From: an uncultured Gemmatimonadales bacterium
GTDB lineage: Bacteria; Gemmatimonadota; Gemmatimonadetes; Gemmatimonadales; Gemmatimonadaceae
Direction of reading: 5' to 3'
Assembly: GCA_963701965.1 (NCBI GenBank)
Contig: OY969695.1
Coordinates: forward strand, 224,001 to 288,000
DNA length: 64,000 nt
The position numbers were made by a program, and so were the translations under genes. Below, piece by piece: positions 42,736-57,025 of the stretch (position 1 is the first letter of the stretch; the number at the start of each line of letters is the position of its first letter). The notes under the pieces are model-generated. The model was given only the letters and a program-made list of their open reading frames with translations. It was not told where the DNA came from and ran no database searches.

Positions 42736-43575
42736 CTACATCGCCTTGAAGCGCGCCGCGTGCAGGCGGCTGACGACGAGTTTTTCGGGCCGGCCGCGCA
42801 GGCGCAGCGTGACGCGGCCGCTCTCCTCGCGCTCGGCCGCGGCGACCGCATCGGCGCGAACGACGGTGCCGCGATGGATCTGCCAGAAGCGGCCCGGATC
42901 GAGGCGCGGCAGCAGCTCGCGCAGCGCGACCCGGATCAGGTACTCGCGCGTTGCCGTCATGACGCGGATGTACTTGTCGGCCGCCTCGAAGTAGACGACC
43001 TCGTCGATCGGCACCATGTGGATCGCGTTGCCGATCCCGGCCTGGATGACTCGCAGCGGCTCGACCGGTGCCGGCGCCACGCCGGACGTTGCCAGGAGCG
43101 TGCGCAGTTGCTCGACCGCTGCGGCGAGCCCCGACGAGCCGGTGCTGGTCGCCGGCTCGCCGCTGGCCGCGACGCTCGTGGCAGCGCGTGCCGCGAGCGC
43201 GTTGCGCAAGCGCGCGCAGGTTTGCGCCAGCCGCGCCGCCTCGACCGGCTTCAGCACGTAGTCGAACGCGGCGCGCTCGAACGCCTGCAGCGCGTATTGG
43301 TCGTAGGCGGTGACGAAGACGATCAGCGGGAAAGGCGTGCCGTCGTCGGGCCAGTCCTCGGCGAGCGCCTGCGCCGCCTCGAGCCCGCTCATCTCGGGCA
43401 TGCGGATGTCGAGGAAGCAGACGTCGGGCCGGAGCGCCAGCGTCTCGTCGACCGCGCTCTGGCCGTCGGCGACGACCGCCGCCAGCGCGAGCTCGGGCCA
43501 GAGGGCCGCGAGCTCGGCCTGCAGCGTCGCGGCGAGGAGCGGCTCGTCTTCGGCGATCAGGGCGCGTGGCGTCAT
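42736..43575 (-). CDS. LytTR response regulator
   Basis: IAEDE, FLDIRMP, FVTAYD, FWQIHRG. Confidence 0.93.
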   Translation of the reverse strand: MTPRALIAEDEPLLAATLQAELAALWPELALAAVVADGQSAVDETLALRPDVCFLDIRMPEMSGLEAAQALAEDWPDDGTPFPLIVFVTAYDQYALQAFERAAFDYVLKPVEAARLAQTCARLRNALAARAATSVAASGEPATSTGSSGLAAAVEQLRTLLATSGVAPAPVEPLRVIQAGIGNAIHMVPIDEVVYFEAADKYIRVMTATREYLIRVALRELLPRLDPGRFWQIHRGTVVRADAVAAAEREESGRVTLRLRGRPEKLVVSRLHAARFKAM

Positions 43576-43585
43576 CGGTCGGCGC

Positions 43586-44719
43586 TCAAGGTGTCAGCGT
43601 CGCGGCCGCCGTTGCCGCCGGCTCGATCGTGAAAGGCAGGCGCACCGTCGCGAGCATCCCGCCGTCGCCATCGTCGACCGGAACGAGCTCGAACGACGCC
43701 GCGCGCGCGCCGTACAAGGTCGCGAGCCGCTCGCGCACGTGGCCGAGGCCGAAGCCGCCGTTCCCCGGCGCGAGCGCAGTGGCAGCGCCGACGCCGCTGT
43801 CGCGGATGCGGATCACGAGCGCGTCGCCTTCGCGACCGGCGCTGACCTCGATTCGGCCGCCTTCGCGCTTCGGCTCGAGGCCGTGCTTGATGCTGTTCTC
43901 GACGATCGGCTGCAGCAGCAGCGGCGGCACCAGCGCCGCTGCCGCGTCGCCGGCAAGCGCGATGCGCGTCGTCAGGCGCGGGCCCATGCGCACTTCCATC
44001 AGCGCGAGGTAGTCGCGCAGGCGGTCGAGCTCGACGGCGAGCGTCTGCGCGCCGGCGCGCGAGCCGGCGAGCGACGCGCGCAGGAACGCGATCAGGCGAT
44101 CGAGCATCGCCTGCGCCCGCACCGGGTCGACCGAAATCAGCGCGCGCAGGTTGGCGAGCGTGTTGAACAGCATGTGCGGCTCGAGCTGTGATTCGAGCAG
44201 CTTCAACTGCTGCTCGGCGGCCTGGCGCTCGGCGCGCTCGACCGCCGCGCGCTGCGCCGAGATCAGCTCGCGAGATTGGAAGAAATAGGTGATCGCGACC
44301 GCTGGAACGAGCGCCATCACGAGCAACGACAGGGTCTGGCGCGGGCCCGCATTGAACGGACCCGGCGCCTGCAGACCGGTCAGCCGGTTGGCGATCTCGT
44401 TGCCCGCCGCATAGCCGAGGATCGCGCCGACGGCGACGATGCCGAGCATCCAGATCCAGCCCGGCCACTGGCCGCCGCCGCCGCCGACCCACGACGGCCG
44501 ATGTGCCGCGACGACGGCGCGGCCGATGTCGATCAGCAGCCAGCACATGGTCGAGATGCAGATCGAGTAGACCAGCGAGATGCCGAGGTCCTGGTGGAAA
44601 GTCGCCCACAGGCAGACGGCGATGACCAGCGCCAAGGCTTCGACCCGAACGCCGCGCAGCACGAAGCGCCGCCACAGCTCGCGCTTCGGCAGGCGGGGCG
44701 GTGCGGCCGCGATGTCCAT
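43586..44719 (-). CDS. LytS-type sensor histidine kinase
   Basis: QLEPHMLFNTL, LQPIVENSIKHG, GFGL. Confidence 0.92.
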   Translation of the reverse strand: MDIAAAPPRLPKRELWRRFVLRGVRVEALALVIAVCLWATFHQDLGISLVYSICISTMCWLLIDIGRAVVAAHRPSWVGGGGGQWPGWIWMLGIVAVGAILGYAAGNEIANRLTGLQAPGPFNAGPRQTLSLLVMALVPAVAITYFFQSRELISAQRAAVERAERQAAEQQLKLLESQLEPHMLFNTLANLRALISVDPVRAQAMLDRLIAFLRASLAGSRAGAQTLAVELDRLRDYLALMEVRMGPRLTTRIALAGDAAAALVPPLLLQPIVENSIKHGLEPKREGGRIEVSAGREGDALVIRIRDSGVGAATALAPGNGGFGLGHVRERLATLYGARAASFELVPVDDGDGGMLATVRLPFTIEPAATAAATLTP

Positions 44720-44870
44720 GGCGCGATTCTGGGCGAGGCGCCGCGCCTGCCCGGGCGCGCTGCGACGGAATGCGCGCCGGCGGCGCCAAGCGACGCCCCT
44801 GCGGCGCAGGCTCACAGGCGCGCAGCTATATTGGCCACAGTGCGCCATCCGGTGCAAAGGAGGCTGACCG

Positions 44871-46670
44871 ATGGCCGCGTGGGGTGGCTCGCTTGTTCGA
44901 CGGCGCTTGGCGATCGCTTCGACAGGCTTGCTGCTGCTGGCCTGCAGCACGCCGTTCAAGCTGCCGCCACTGCCCGCAACGGCTCCGCCCGTCGCCGCGG
45001 CGCGGCCGGCGCCGAGCGCGCCGACGCGCGGCGCTGCCGAGTCCGCTTCGGGCGCGACCGCGGTCGCGGTGCCGGTGCCGACGCAGCCGCTGCCGCCGAT
45101 CGTCGCCGCCGCGCCGCTGCCGCAAGCGAACGCCGTTCCGGCGGCCGTCGCCGCGCACTTTCCCGGAACCGGCGTTGACGTTCGCAACGCCGGCCTTCGA
45201 GCCGGGCCGCCAGGCGATGACGCGCGACGACGAGCTGCGCTCGATCCTGTTCGGCCTCGAGCGCGGAAGCGAGATCAAGGTGCTGAGCCTCGGCAGTCTC
45301 GCAGGCGGGCCGGCCGATCGAGGCGCTTGCCTTCACCCGGCCGGCGCCGGCCGCCGGCGGTCGCCGCATCGGGCGTCGCCGCGACGGCAACGCGCCGGCC
45401 GACGGTCGTCGTCATCGCCGGCCAGCACGGCGACGAGCCGGCCGGCAGCGAGGCGCTGATCGTGATCGCCCAGGAGCTCGCCGACGGCCGGCTCGCCAGC
45501 GTGCTCGACCGGGTCGACGTCGTTCTCGTGCCGCGCGCCAATCCCGACGGCGCCAGCGCGTTCACGCGCGCCGCCGCCGACGGCACCGACATCAACCGCG
45601 ACCACCTGCTGCTGCGCACGCCCGAAGCGCGCGCGCTGACGCGCCTGGTCGGCGAGCTCGCGCCGGTCGTCGTCCTCGACCTGCACGAGTACCCGGTCGA
45701 CGCCGGTTTCGAGGCCAAGTTCGGCGGCGTGCAGCGCTTCGATGCGCTGCTGCAGTACGCGACCGTCGCCAACCTGCCGCCGTTCGTCACGCGCGCGGCC
45801 GAGGAATGGTTTCGCCAGCCGCTGGTCGCGAGCCTGAAGAGGCGCCGGGCCTCAGCAGCGACTGGTACGCGACGACCTCGGACGATCCGGCCGATCGCCG
45901 GCTCGCGATGGGCGGCGTCGGGCCGCAGATCAGCCGCAACGCCAACGGCTTGCGCAACGCCGTCAGCCTGCTGGTCGAGACGCGCGGCGGCGGCCTCGGC
46001 CGAACCGATCTGAAGCGGCGCGTCCAGGCACAGGTGGTGGCGACGACGAGCGTGCTGGCGAGCGCCGCGAATCACGCCGCCGACCTCGTCAAGCTGCGCC
46101 AGTTCGTCGACCGCGAGACCGCGTCGCTGGCGTGCAAGGGCGAGGTCGTCCTCGACGCGGCGCCGACGCCGGGCGAATACGCGTATTCGATGATCGATCG
46201 CGACAGCGGCGAGATCCGGCGCCTGACCGTCGCCTGGGAATCGGCGCTGAAGCTGCGCACCGCTTAAGTCGCGGCCGCGGCCGTGCGGCTACTGGCTCGC
46301 TGCGGCCGAGAGCGACGCCGTGCAGCGCCTGCGCCTGCTCGGGATCGAGGTGCAGCAGCTGGCCGAGATCGCCGAGGTGCGCGGCGAGACCTATCGCGAG
46401 ATCGGGCGCGAGACGCTCACCGCGCCGGCCAGCGTCGCCGCCAACGCCGGCGCGGCGACCCGCCTGCGCGTGCAGACGACGCCGGCGCTGCTCGACCTCG
46501 CCGCCGGCGGCTACTACGTCTCGCTCGAGCAGCCGCTCGCCAACCTGGCGGTCGCCGTGCTCGAGCCCGAGGCGCCATCGAGCTTCGCCGCCAACGGCGT
46601 CATCGCCAGCGTCGGCGGCGAAGCGCGTATTCTTCTGCGGCCCGAGATCCGGATGACCGCCGTGCCCTAG
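44871..46670 (+). CDS. M14 zinc carboxypeptidase (frameshifted)
   Basis: QHGDEPAG, NPDG, DINRDH, DLHEY. Confidence 0.85.
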
Positions 46671-46748
46671 GCACGGTTGCCGGCCAGGCGTGTAAGGATC
46701 GCCTGCGGCCGCGCGACATCGAGCCAGGCCTTCAGGGAGAACGAGTCC

Positions 46749-47624
46749 ATGGACATCGAAGCCGACGCGATCGTGCCCGCGTCCACGCCGGCGGCCGCCG
46801 CCGGCGCCGCACAGAGCATCTACCGCCATCGCCTGCCGGTGCGCGTGATGCACTGGATCAACGTCGTCTGCATGACGATCCTGCTCGGCAGCGGCCTCAA
46901 CATCTTCAACGCCCACCCGACGCTCTACTGGGGCCACGACTCGGTCACCGGAACGCCCTGGCTCTCGATCCGCGGCGAGAACACGCCGCAGGGCCCGGTC
47001 GGCAAGACCCGGATCGGCAGCACCGACTTCCAGACCACCGGCGTGCTCGGCGTCTCGAAGGTCAACGGCGAGACGACGGCCCGCGGCTTTCCGAGCTGGG
47101 CGACGATCCCCGGGCCGCAGTGGCTGGCGATGGCGCGCCACTGGCACCTGTTCTTCGCCTGGCTGTTCGTCGTCAACGGCGTCGCCTACGTGCTCTACAC
47201 GATCTTCAGCCGCCATCTGGTGAAGGACCTGGTGCCGACCCGCGATGAGCTGCGCAACATCGGCCGCTCGGTCGTCGACCACATCAAGTTCAAGCACCCG
47301 ACCGGCGCCGCGGCGACGCGCTACAACGTGCTGCAGAGCCTGACCTACCTGATCGTCATCTTCGTCCTGCTGCCGTTGATCGTCTTCGCCGGGATGGCGC
47401 TCTCGCCGCGCATCGACACCGTCTTCACCGGCTGGGTCGACCTGCTCGGCGGGCGCCAGTCGGCGCGCTCGCTGCATTTCCTCGCCGCGGCGGGGCTGCT
47501 GCTGTTCGTCTTCATCCACGTCTTCGAGGTCATCGTCGCCGGCGTCTGGAACGAGATGCGCTCGATGATCACCGGCTGGTACCAGGTGCCGCCCGACCCG
47601 GCATCGAACGAGGTGCGCCCATGA
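46749..47624 (+). CDS. Cytochrome b/b6-domain membrane protein
   Basis: VRVMHW, ARHWH, YNVLQ, ARSLHF, SMITGW. Confidence 0.88.
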   Translation: MDIEADAIVPASTPAAAAGAAQSIYRHRLPVRVMHWINVVCMTILLGSGLNIFNAHPTLYWGHDSVTGTPWLSIRGENTPQGPVGKTRIGSTDFQTTGVLGVSKVNGETTARGFPSWATIPGPQWLAMARHWHLFFAWLFVVNGVAYVLYTIFSRHLVKDLVPTRDELRNIGRSVVDHIKFKHPTGAAATRYNVLQSLTYLIVIFVLLPLIVFAGMALSPRIDTVFTGWVDLLGGRQSARSLHFLAAAGLLLFVFIHVFEVIVAGVWNEMRSMITGWYQVPPDPASNEVRP

Positions 47625-48431
47625 GCAAGACCTTCACCCTGATGCGCGCGCGCCAGCGCGATCGCCGCCATCTGCTGCGCGGCGCGGTCGCCGCAGCCGG
47701 CGCGGCGGTGCTGAGCGGCTGCGACAAGCTTTCCAACAACCCGGCCTTCGTCGACACGCTGAAGGGCGCGCAGCGGCTCAGCCACGCCGCCGGCCGGCGT
47801 CGTCGCGCCGCGCCGGGCGATGGCGCAGGAGTTCGAGCCGTCGCAGGTGGCGCCGGTCTTTCGCGGCAACGGCACGCTCAGCCCCGGCGACGCCGACTAC
47901 GTCGCGCTGCGCAACGAGCGGCTTCGCCGGCTACAGGCTCGACGGTCGGCGGCCTGGTCGCGAAGCCCGCCGAGTTCAGCCTCGACGAGCTGCGCGCGAT
48001 GCCGGCGCGAACCCAGATCACGCGCCACGACTGCGTCGAGGGCTGGAGCTGCATCGGCAAGTGGAAGGGCGTGCAGCTCGGTCACATCCTGGCGCAGGTC
48101 GAGCCCGCGGCCGGAGGCGAAGTTCGTCCTCTTCCGCTGCTACGACTCGATGGACGGGCCGTCGCTCGACGGCCGCGACTCGCGCTACTACGAGAGCATC
48201 GACCTGGACGATGCGCATCACGCGCAGACGATCCTCGCCTACGAGCTCAACGACAAGCCGCTGCCGGTGACCAACGGCGCGCCGCTGCGCTGCCGGGTCG
48301 AGCGCCAGCTCGGCTACAAGCAGGCCAAGTACGTGCGCGCGATCGAGCTCGTCGCCGACTTCTCGAAGATCCGCGGCGGCAAGGGCGGCTACTGGGAAGA
48401 CGAAGGCTACGAGTGGTACGGCGGGATCTGA
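47621..48431 (+). CDS. Molybdopterin-dependent oxidoreductase (frameshifted)
   Basis: TRHDCVEGWSCIGKW, NGAPLR...LGYKQAKY. Confidence 0.88.
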
Positions 48432-48445
48432 GCCGGCACGACCGG

Positions 48446-50011
48446 CTAGCGTCGCTTCGGCGCCGCCGAGGATCGAGCCGAGCACGCCGCGAATGATCTC
48501 GCGGCCGACGCCCGAGCCGATCGAGCGCACGGCCGAACGCGCCGCCACTTCGGCCAGGCCCTCGTGCTTGCCGCCGCGCGGGCCGGTCGAGCCGAAGATC
48601 GCGTCCTTGAGGCCGTCGAGCATGCCGCCGGCGGGCGTCGCGCCGGTGCCGCAGATGCCGCGCCGCCCGGGCACCGCCGGCGCCGTCGTCGGCGCGGCGC
48701 CGGGGCTCGCCGCGACCCGGCTGGTCAGCTTCTCGTACGCCGACTCGCGGTCGACCGCCTTCTCGTAGACGCCGGCGACGAGCGAGCCCGCGATCAGGGC
48801 TTTGCCTTTCGTCGTCCGTGATCGGGGCCGATCCGGCTCGCCGGTGGCAGCACGAACGCGCGCTCGGTGACCGACGGGCGGCCCTTGTCGTCGAGCAGGC
48901 TGACCAGCGCCTCGCCGGTGGCGAGCTCGGTGATCGCGGTCTCGATGTCGAGCTTCGGGTTGGCGCGCATCGTCGTCGCCGCCGCCTTCACCGCCTTCTG
49001 GTCGCGCGGCGTGAACGCGCGCAGCGCATGCTGGACGCGGTTGCCGAGCTGGGCCAGGATCGGCGTCGGGAACGTCGAGCGGGTTCTGGGTCACGAAGAA
49101 GACGCCGACGCCCTTGCTGCGCACCAGCCGCACGACCAGCTCGATGCGATCGAGCAGCACCTTCGGCGCCTCGTCGAAGAGCAGGTGCGCCTCGTCGAAG
49201 AAGAAGACCAGCTTGGGCTTGTCGAGGTCGCCGACCTCGGGCAGGCGCTCGTACAGCTCGGAGAGCATCCAGAGCAGGAAGGTCGCGTACAGGCGCGGGC
49301 TGGTCATCAGCTTGTCGGCGGCGAGGATGTTGATCACGCCTTGCTGATGGCCGTTGATCGAGCGGTCTGCATGAAGTCGGCGATGTCGAGCATCGGCTCG
49401 CCGAAGAACTTGTCGCCGCCCTGGGCGTCGATCTGCAGCAGGCCGCGCTGGATCGCGCCGACGCTGGCGGCGCTGACGTTGCCGTAGTCGGTCTGGAACT
49501 GCGCGGCGTTGTCGGCGACGTACTGCAGCATCGCCCGCAGGTCCTTCAGGTCGAGCAGCAGCAGGCCGTTGTCGTCGGCGATCTTGAAGACGAGCTGGAG
49601 CACGCCCTGCTGGGTCTCGTTGAGGTCGAGCATGCGCGCGAGCAGGAGCGGGCCCATGTCGCTCACCGTCGCGCGCACCGGATGGCCGGCGGCCGACTTG
49701 GCGTCGGCGAACACGTCCCAGAGCGTCGCCGGGCAGGCGGCAGGCGGCGGCGGCTCGATGCCGCGCTCCTTCAGCAGCGCCGCCATCTTCGGGCTGACGC
49801 TGCCGGGCTGGGTGATGCCGGTGAGGTCGCCCTTGACGTCGGCCATGAACACCGGCACGCCCTGGCGGCTGAAGTTCTCGGCCAGCGTCTGCAGGGTCAC
49901 GGTCTTGCCGGTGCCGGTGGCGCCGGTGACCAGGCCGTGCCGGTTCGCCATGCCGGGCAGGAGGAAGCACTCGATGTCGCCGTGCCGGGCCAGGAGGATC
50001 GGTTCGGCCAT
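48446..50011 (-). CDS. DUF853 HerA-like ATPase (frameshifted)
   Basis: [22 protein letters not shown]. Confidence 0.9.
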
Positions 50012-50170
50012 GGTGTCGCGCCCGAAGCAAGGTGGGAGTGTCAGTTTAGGGCCGCTTCCCGCGTCGCGCGCCGGCGACCACGGGGTTCCGGCGAGCGGCG
50101 TCTGCCGAGGCGCGACCTAAAATCGCGCTCTCTTGCAACGTCACAGCCGCCGCGGGCGCGCTCCGAGCAC

Positions 50171-50892
50171 ATGGCCGGTCATTCGAAGTGGGCCAACATC
50201 CAGCACCGGAAGGGCCGCCAGGACGAGAAGCGCGGCAAGGTCTGGACGCGCCTGATCCGCGAGATCGTCGTCGCCGCGCGCCAGGGCGGCGGCGACCTGT
50301 CGATGAACCCGCGCCTGCGCCTGGCGGTCGAGAAGGCCAAGGGCGCCAACATGCCGGCCGACACGATCAAGAAGAACATCGACAAGGCCACCGGCAACCT
50401 CGAGGGCATGCACTACGAGGAGATCCGCTACGAGGGCTACGGCATCGGCGGCGCGGCGATGATCGTCGACTGCATGACCGACAACCGCGTCCGCACCGTC
50501 GCCGAGGTGCGCCACGCCTTCAGCAAGTACGGCGGCAACCTCGGCGCCGAAGGCTCGGTCGCGTTCCAGTTCAAGCACGTCGGCCAGTTCGTGTTCGCGC
50601 CGGGAACGAGCGAGGACGCGGTGATGGCCGCGGCGCTCGACGCCGGCGCCGACGACGTGATCAGCGACGACGACGGCGCGATCGAGGTGCTGTCGTCGCC
50701 GCCCGAGTTCGAGGCGGTAAAGTCCGCGCTCGAGAAGGCGGGCCTGCACGCCGACGTCGCCGAGGTGACGATGCGCCCCGAGAACTCGGTCGCGCTCGCC
50801 GGCGACGACGCGCAGCGGATGCAGAAGCTGATCGACGTCATCGAGGACCTCGACGACGTCCAGGCGCTCTATCACAACGCCGAGATGGCCGA

Positions 50893-50896
<4 letters not shown>
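50171..50896 (+). CDS. yebC: YebC/PmpR family protein
   Basis: [19 protein letters not shown]. Confidence 0.95.
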
Positions 50897-52185
<1,289 letters not shown>

Positions 52186-52200
52186 CCTCTCGACACCGTC

Positions 52201-53154
52201 ATGAACCCTGCCGCCGTTCGCGATTACCTGCTCGACCTGCAAGCACGCATCGTCGCCGCGCTCGAAGCCGAAGGCGGCGACGCCTTCGTCAGCGACGCCT
52301 GGCAGCGCGAGCCCGGCGGCAAGCTCGAGGGCGACGGCATCTCGCGCCTGGTCGAAGGCGGCGCGCTGCTCGAGCGCGGCGGCTGCGGCTTCTCGCACGT
52401 CAGGGGGCGCGCGCTGCCGGCGGCGGCGACGCAGCATCGTGTCGCCGACCTCGTCGACGCGCCGTTCGAGGCGATGGGCGTCTCGCTCGTGTTGCACCCG
52501 CGCAATCCCTACGTGCCGACGGTGCACATGAACGTGCGCATGCTCGCGGCGCTGCCGGCCGGGCGCGATCCGGTGGTCTGGTTCGGCGGCGGCATGGACC
52601 TGACGCCGTACTACGGCTTCGAGGAAGACGCGGTCCATTTCCACGTCGCCGCGCGCGACGCGCTGGCGCCGTTCGGCGCCGACAAGTACCCGCGCTTCAA
52701 GCGCTGGTGCGACGAGTACTTCTTCCTCAAGCACCGCAACGAGCCGCGCGGCATCGGCGGCATCTTCTTCGACGATTTCTCCGAAGGCGGGTTCGCCAAC
52801 GGCTTCGCGCTGATGCGCGCCGTCGGCGACGCCTTCCTCGGTGCCTACCTGCCGATCGTGCAGCGGCGCCGGGCGCTGCCCTACGGCGAGCGCGAGCGCG
52901 AGTTCCAGCTCTACCGGCGCGGCCGCTACGTCGAGTTCAACCTCGTCTTCGACCGCGGCACGCTGTTCGGCCTGCAGTCGGGCGGCCGCACCGAGAGCAT
53001 CCTGATGTCGATGCCGCCGCTCGTGACCTGGCGCTACGACTGGCAGCCCGCGCCGGGGACGGCCGAGGCGCGCCTCTACGACGAATTCCTGCGCCCACGC
53101 GACTGGGCCGATGAGGCCAGTGCCGCGTCGTCGCCGCTGGGGACGACGCCATGA
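52201..53154 (+). CDS. hemF: Oxygen-dependent coproporphyrinogen III oxidase
   Basis: [30 protein letters not shown]. Confidence 0.96.
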   Translation: MNPAAVRDYLLDLQARIVAALEAEGGDAFVSDAWQREPGGKLEGDGISRLVEGGALLERGGCGFSHVRGRALPAAATQHRVADLVDAPFEAMGVSLVLHPRNPYVPTVHMNVRMLAALPAGRDPVVWFGGGMDLTPYYGFEEDAVHFHVAARDALAPFGADKYPRFKRWCDEYFFLKHRNEPRGIGGIFFDDFSEGGFANGFALMRAVGDAFLGAYLPIVQRRRALPYGEREREFQLYRRGRYVEFNLVFDRGTLFGLQSGGRTESILMSMPPLVTWRYDWQPAPGTAEARLYDEFLRPRDWADEASAASSPLGTTP

Positions 53155-53731
53155 AGCGCGTCGGCCTGTTCGGCGGCAGCTTCGACCCGGTGCACAACGC
53201 CCACGTCGCGCTCGCCCGGCTCGCGCTCGAGCAGCTGCAGCTCGACGAGGTGCGCTGGATCCCGGCCGGCCAGCCGTGGCAAAAGACGCGCGTTCTCACC
53301 AGCGGCGCCGACCGCGAGGCGATGGTGCGCCTGGCGATCGCCGGCGAGCCGCGCTTCACGCTCGACCGGATCGAGCTGCGCCGGCACGGCGTCACCTTCA
53401 CCCTCGACACGGTTCGCTTGCTCGGCCGCCGCCGAGCCGGCAAGCGAGTGGTTCCTGATCCTCGGCCAGGACCAGTACGCGACGCTGCACACCTGGCGCG
53501 ACTGGCGCGACCTGGTCGCGCTCGTGACGCTGGCGATCGCCAACCGCCCCGACGCCGAGCCGACGGTCAATGCCCACATCGCCAAGCGTGCCGCACCAGA
53601 TCGTGACGCTGCCGATGATGGATGTCTCGTCGACCGAGGTGCGGCGCCGGGTCGCCGCGGGCGAGCCGATTGCCGGTCTCGTTCCCGACGCGGTCGCGCG
53701 CTATATTGAGCGCCGTCAGCTGTATCGCTGA
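53151..53731 (+). CDS. nadD: Nicotinate-nucleotide adenylyltransferase (frameshifted)
   Basis: [17 protein letters not shown]. Confidence 0.92.
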
Positions 53732-53749
53732 CTTCTCAACAGGAGCTGA

Positions 53750-54385
53750 ATGGACATTCGCAAGCTGCAGCGCGTCATCGTCGATGGTCTGGAGGACGTC
53801 AAGGCCCAGAACATCGTTGTCTTCAATACCGAGCATCTGTCGCCGCTCTTCGAACGCGTGATCGTCGCGTCGGGAACGAGCAACCGGCAGACGAGGTCGC
53901 TGGCAGCCAGCGTTCGCGATGCGGTGAAATCGGCCGGCGAGCCGTCGCCGCGCACCGAAGGCGAAGACAACGGCGAATGGATCATCGTCGACTGCGGCGC
54001 TGCCGTCGTCCATGTCATGCAGCCTGCGATCCGCGAGTACTACCACCTCGAGGAGCTGTGGGGCGACAAGCCGGTGCGGATGAAGATCGGCGCCGCGGCG
54101 CCGACTCGGCTGGTCAAGGCCGCGCCGGCACCGAGCGAGCCCAAGCGCGCGCCGCTCCGGCGCGCGCCGAGCGCGCCGGCTCCGGCGAAGACGGCGAAGA
54201 CAGCCAAGCGCCCGGTCGCCGCGCAAGACGGCGCCGAGCCGTCGCGTCGTGCGCACCGTCGGCGTCAAGAGCGCGGGCGCGTCGGCGCGGCCCGCTGCCG
54301 GTGCGCGGCGCGCGCCGGCCAAGAAGACGAGCGCCAAACGCTGAGCGGCAACGGCGTTGCGCTCGCGCCCGGGAGCGGGCGATGA
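53750..54385 (+). CDS. rsfS: Ribosome silencing factor
   Basis: [21 protein letters not shown]...[10 protein letters not shown]. Confidence 0.93.
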   Translation: MDIRKLQRVIVDGLEDVKAQNIVVFNTEHLSPLFERVIVASGTSNRQTRSLAASVRDAVKSAGEPSPRTEGEDNGEWIIVDCGAAVVHVMQPAIREYYHLEELWGDKPVRMKIGAAAPTRLVKAAPAPSEPKRAPLRRAPSAPAPAKTAKTAKRPVAAQDGAEPSRRAHRRRQERGRVGAARCRCAARAGQEDERQTLSGNGVALAPGSGR

Positions 54386-54849
54386 AGCTCGTGCTGGTCG
54401 CGGTCGGCACGCGAATACCGGCGTGGGCCGACGCCGCGTTCGCCGAGTACGCGAAGCGATTCCCGGCCGAGATGCGGCTCGAGCTCAAGGCGGTCAAGGC
54501 GGAGCCGCGCGCCGGCCGCAGCGCGGCACAGCTGATGGCTGGCGAGGCGATGCGGATCGAGGCCGCGTTGCCGCGCGGCGCGCGCCGGATCGCGCTCGAC
54601 GAGCACGGCGAGCGCGTCACCTCGGCGCAGCTCGCGGCGCGCCTCGTCGCCTGGCAGAACGACGGCCGTGACGCGGCGCTGATCGCCGGCGGACCGGACG
54701 GCCTCGATCGAGCGCTGAAGGCGAGCTGCGACGAGACGCTGCGCCTGTCGGATCTGACGCTGCCGCACGCGTTCGTCCGCGTCCTCGTCGCCGAGGCGCT
54801 GTATCGCGCCTGGTCGATCACCGTCAATCATCCCTATCACCGCGAATGA
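54382..54849 (+). CDS. rlmH: 23S rRNA pseudouridine-1915 methyltransferase
   Basis: GGPDGL, LTLPH, HPYHRE. Confidence 0.95.
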   Translation: MKLVLVAVGTRIPAWADAAFAEYAKRFPAEMRLELKAVKAEPRAGRSAAQLMAGEAMRIEAALPRGARRIALDEHGERVTSAQLAARLVAWQNDGRDAALIAGGPDGLDRALKASCDETLRLSDLTLPHAFVRVLVAEALYRAWSITVNHPYHRE

Positions 54850-54862
54850 GCCCTGCGCCACG

Positions 54863-55477
54863 ATGAAGCGCGTGTCGTTCGTCTATCTCGCTTCGCAGAG
54901 CCCGCGCCGGCGCCAGCTGCTCGAGCAGATCGGCGTGCGTTACGAGCTGCTGCTCGCCGGCGTCGACGAAGACGTCGAGGCACTCGAGACGGAGCAGCCG
55001 GGCGAGCTTCCCGCGGCCTACGTCGAGCGCGTGACCCGGGCCAAGCTGAAAGCGGCGATCGCTCGGCGAGCGGCGCGTCGCCTGCCCCCGCGCCGATCGT
55101 CTGCGCCGACACGACGGTCGCGCTCGGCCGGCGCATCCTCGGCAAGCCCGCCAACGCCGCGGACGCGAAGCGCATCCTGACGCTGCTCTCGGGTCGCACG
55201 CATCGCGTCATCAGCGCCGTCGCCGTTGCCGCCAACGGTCGGACCCGTCTCGTCGCCAGCATCTCGCGGGTTCACTTCGCGCCCTTGCCGCGACGTCCGC
55301 ATCGAGCGCTATATCGCCAGCGGCGAGCCATTCGGCAAGGCGGGCGCGTACGCGATCCAGAGCGCGGCCGCGGCCTGGATCGAGCGGATCGAGGGCAGCT
55401 ACACCGGTATCATGGGTTTGCCGCTGCACGAGACGGCCGCGCTGCTCGAGTGGGCGGGGGTCGACGTCCGGCCTTAG
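54863..55477 (+). CDS. maf: Maf family nucleotide pyrophosphatase (frameshifted)
   Basis: [25 protein letters not shown]. Confidence 0.92.
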
Positions 55478-55501
55478 TCGACCGGAACTGCCAGATCCTC
55501 G

Positions 55502-57013
55502 ATGCAAGACATCCTCATCAACTGGGCGCCGCAGGAAACGCGCGTCGCCGTGGTCGAGAACGGCGCGGTGCAGGAGCTGCACATCGAACGCGAGCTCGAG
55601 CGCGGCCGGGTCGGCAACATCTACATCGGCAAGGTCGCGCGCGTGCTGCCCGGGATGCAGTCTGCGTTCGTCGAGATCGGCCTCGAGCGCGCCGCGTTCC
55701 TGCACATCGCCGACGTCCACGTCAACGGCGGCACCTCGCGCGGCGACCATTCGCCCGGCGCGGTGCCACCGCCGCCGATCGAGCGGATCGTCTTCGAGGG
55801 CCAGACGCTCACGGTGCAGGTGATCAAGGACCCGATCGGCAGCAAGGGCGCGCGGCTGTCGACGCAGATCTCGATCGCCGGGCGCCTGCTGGTGTTCCTG
55901 CCGCAGGACGACCACATCGGCATCTCGCAGAAGATCGGCTCGCACGAGCTGCGCGACCAGCTGCGCGCGCGCATGGCGGCGCTGGTCGAGGCCGATGCCG
56001 CGGCGCGTGCCCGCGACGGCAGCGACAACGGCGCGAACGGCGGCTTCATCCTGCGCACCAACGCCGCCGAGGCGAGCGACGCCGAGCTCGCCGACGACAT
56101 CGCCTATCTGCGAACCACCTGGGCCCGGGTCAAGGAGCGCGCCTTCAAGTCGCCGCCCGGAACGCTGCTGCACCAGGACCTGAGCCTGGCCGAGCGGGTG
56201 TTGCGCGACCTGGTCGACGAGCGCACGCAGACGATCCGGATCGATTCGCGGATGCAGTTCGACGAGCTGACGAAGTTCGGCCGCGAGTACACGCCCGGCG
56301 CCGTCGACAAGCTCCAGCACTACGCCGGCGAGCGGCCGATCTTCGACCTGTTCTCGATCGACGAGGAGATCGAGAAGGCGCTCCTCAAGCGCGTCGAGCT
56401 GAAGTCGGGCGGCTACCTGATCATCGACCAGACCGAGGCGCTGACGACGGTCGACGTCAACACCGGCGGCTTCGTCGGCGCGCGCAACTTCGACGACACG
56501 ATCTTCAAGACCAACCTCGAGGCCGGCCACGCGATCGCGCGCCAGCTGCGGCTGCGCAACCTCGGCGGCATCATCATCATCGACTTCATCGACATGGCGC
56601 GCGAGGAGCACCAGGCGGCGGTGCTCGCCGAGCTGAAGAAGCAGCTGGCGCGCGACCGCACGCGCATCACGGTGAGCGGCTTCACCCAGCTCGGCCTGGT
56701 CGAGATGACGAGGAAGCGCACGCGCGAATCGCTCGCCCACATGCTGTGCGAGCCGTGCCCGACGTGCCAGGGGCGGGGCGAGGTGAAGACAGCGCGCAGC
56801 GTCTGCCACGACATCCTGCGCGAGATCCTGCGCGAGGCACGCCAGTTCAATCCGAAGGAGTTCCGGATCGTCGCCAGCGCGGCGGTCGTCGAGATGCTGC
56901 TCGACGAGGAGAGCCAGCACCTCGCCGGCCTCTCGGACTTCATCGGCAAGCCGATCTCGCTCCGCGCCGAGCCGTTCCCGTCGCCCGAGCAGTACGACAT
57001 CGTCCTGCTCTAG
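55502..57013 (+). CDS. rng: Ribonuclease G
   Basis: [30 protein letters not shown]. Confidence 0.96.
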   Translation: MQDILINWAPQETRVAVVENGAVQELHIERELERGRVGNIYIGKVARVLPGMQSAFVEIGLERAAFLHIADVHVNGGTSRGDHSPGAVPPPPIERIVFEGQTLTVQVIKDPIGSKGARLSTQISIAGRLLVFLPQDDHIGISQKIGSHELRDQLRARMAALVEADAAARARDGSDNGANGGFILRTNAAEASDAELADDIAYLRTTWARVKERAFKSPPGTLLHQDLSLAERVLRDLVDERTQTIRIDSRMQFDELTKFGREYTPGAVDKLQHYAGERPIFDLFSIDEEIEKALLKRVELKSGGYLIIDQTEALTTVDVNTGGFVGARNFDDTIFKTNLEAGHAIARQLRLRNLGGIIIIDFIDMAREEHQAAVLAELKKQLARDRTRITVSGFTQLGLVEMTRKRTRESLAHMLCEPCPTCQGRGEVKTARSVCHDILREILREARQFNPKEFRIVASAAVVEMLLDEESQHLAGLSDFIGKPISLRAEPFPSPEQYDIVLL

Positions 57014-57025
57014 AGGCCGCGCGCC

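Noticed and set aside
54090..54385. Long RsfS tail as a novel domain
   Set aside because: Low-complexity Ala/Lys/Pro tail with a probable frameshift
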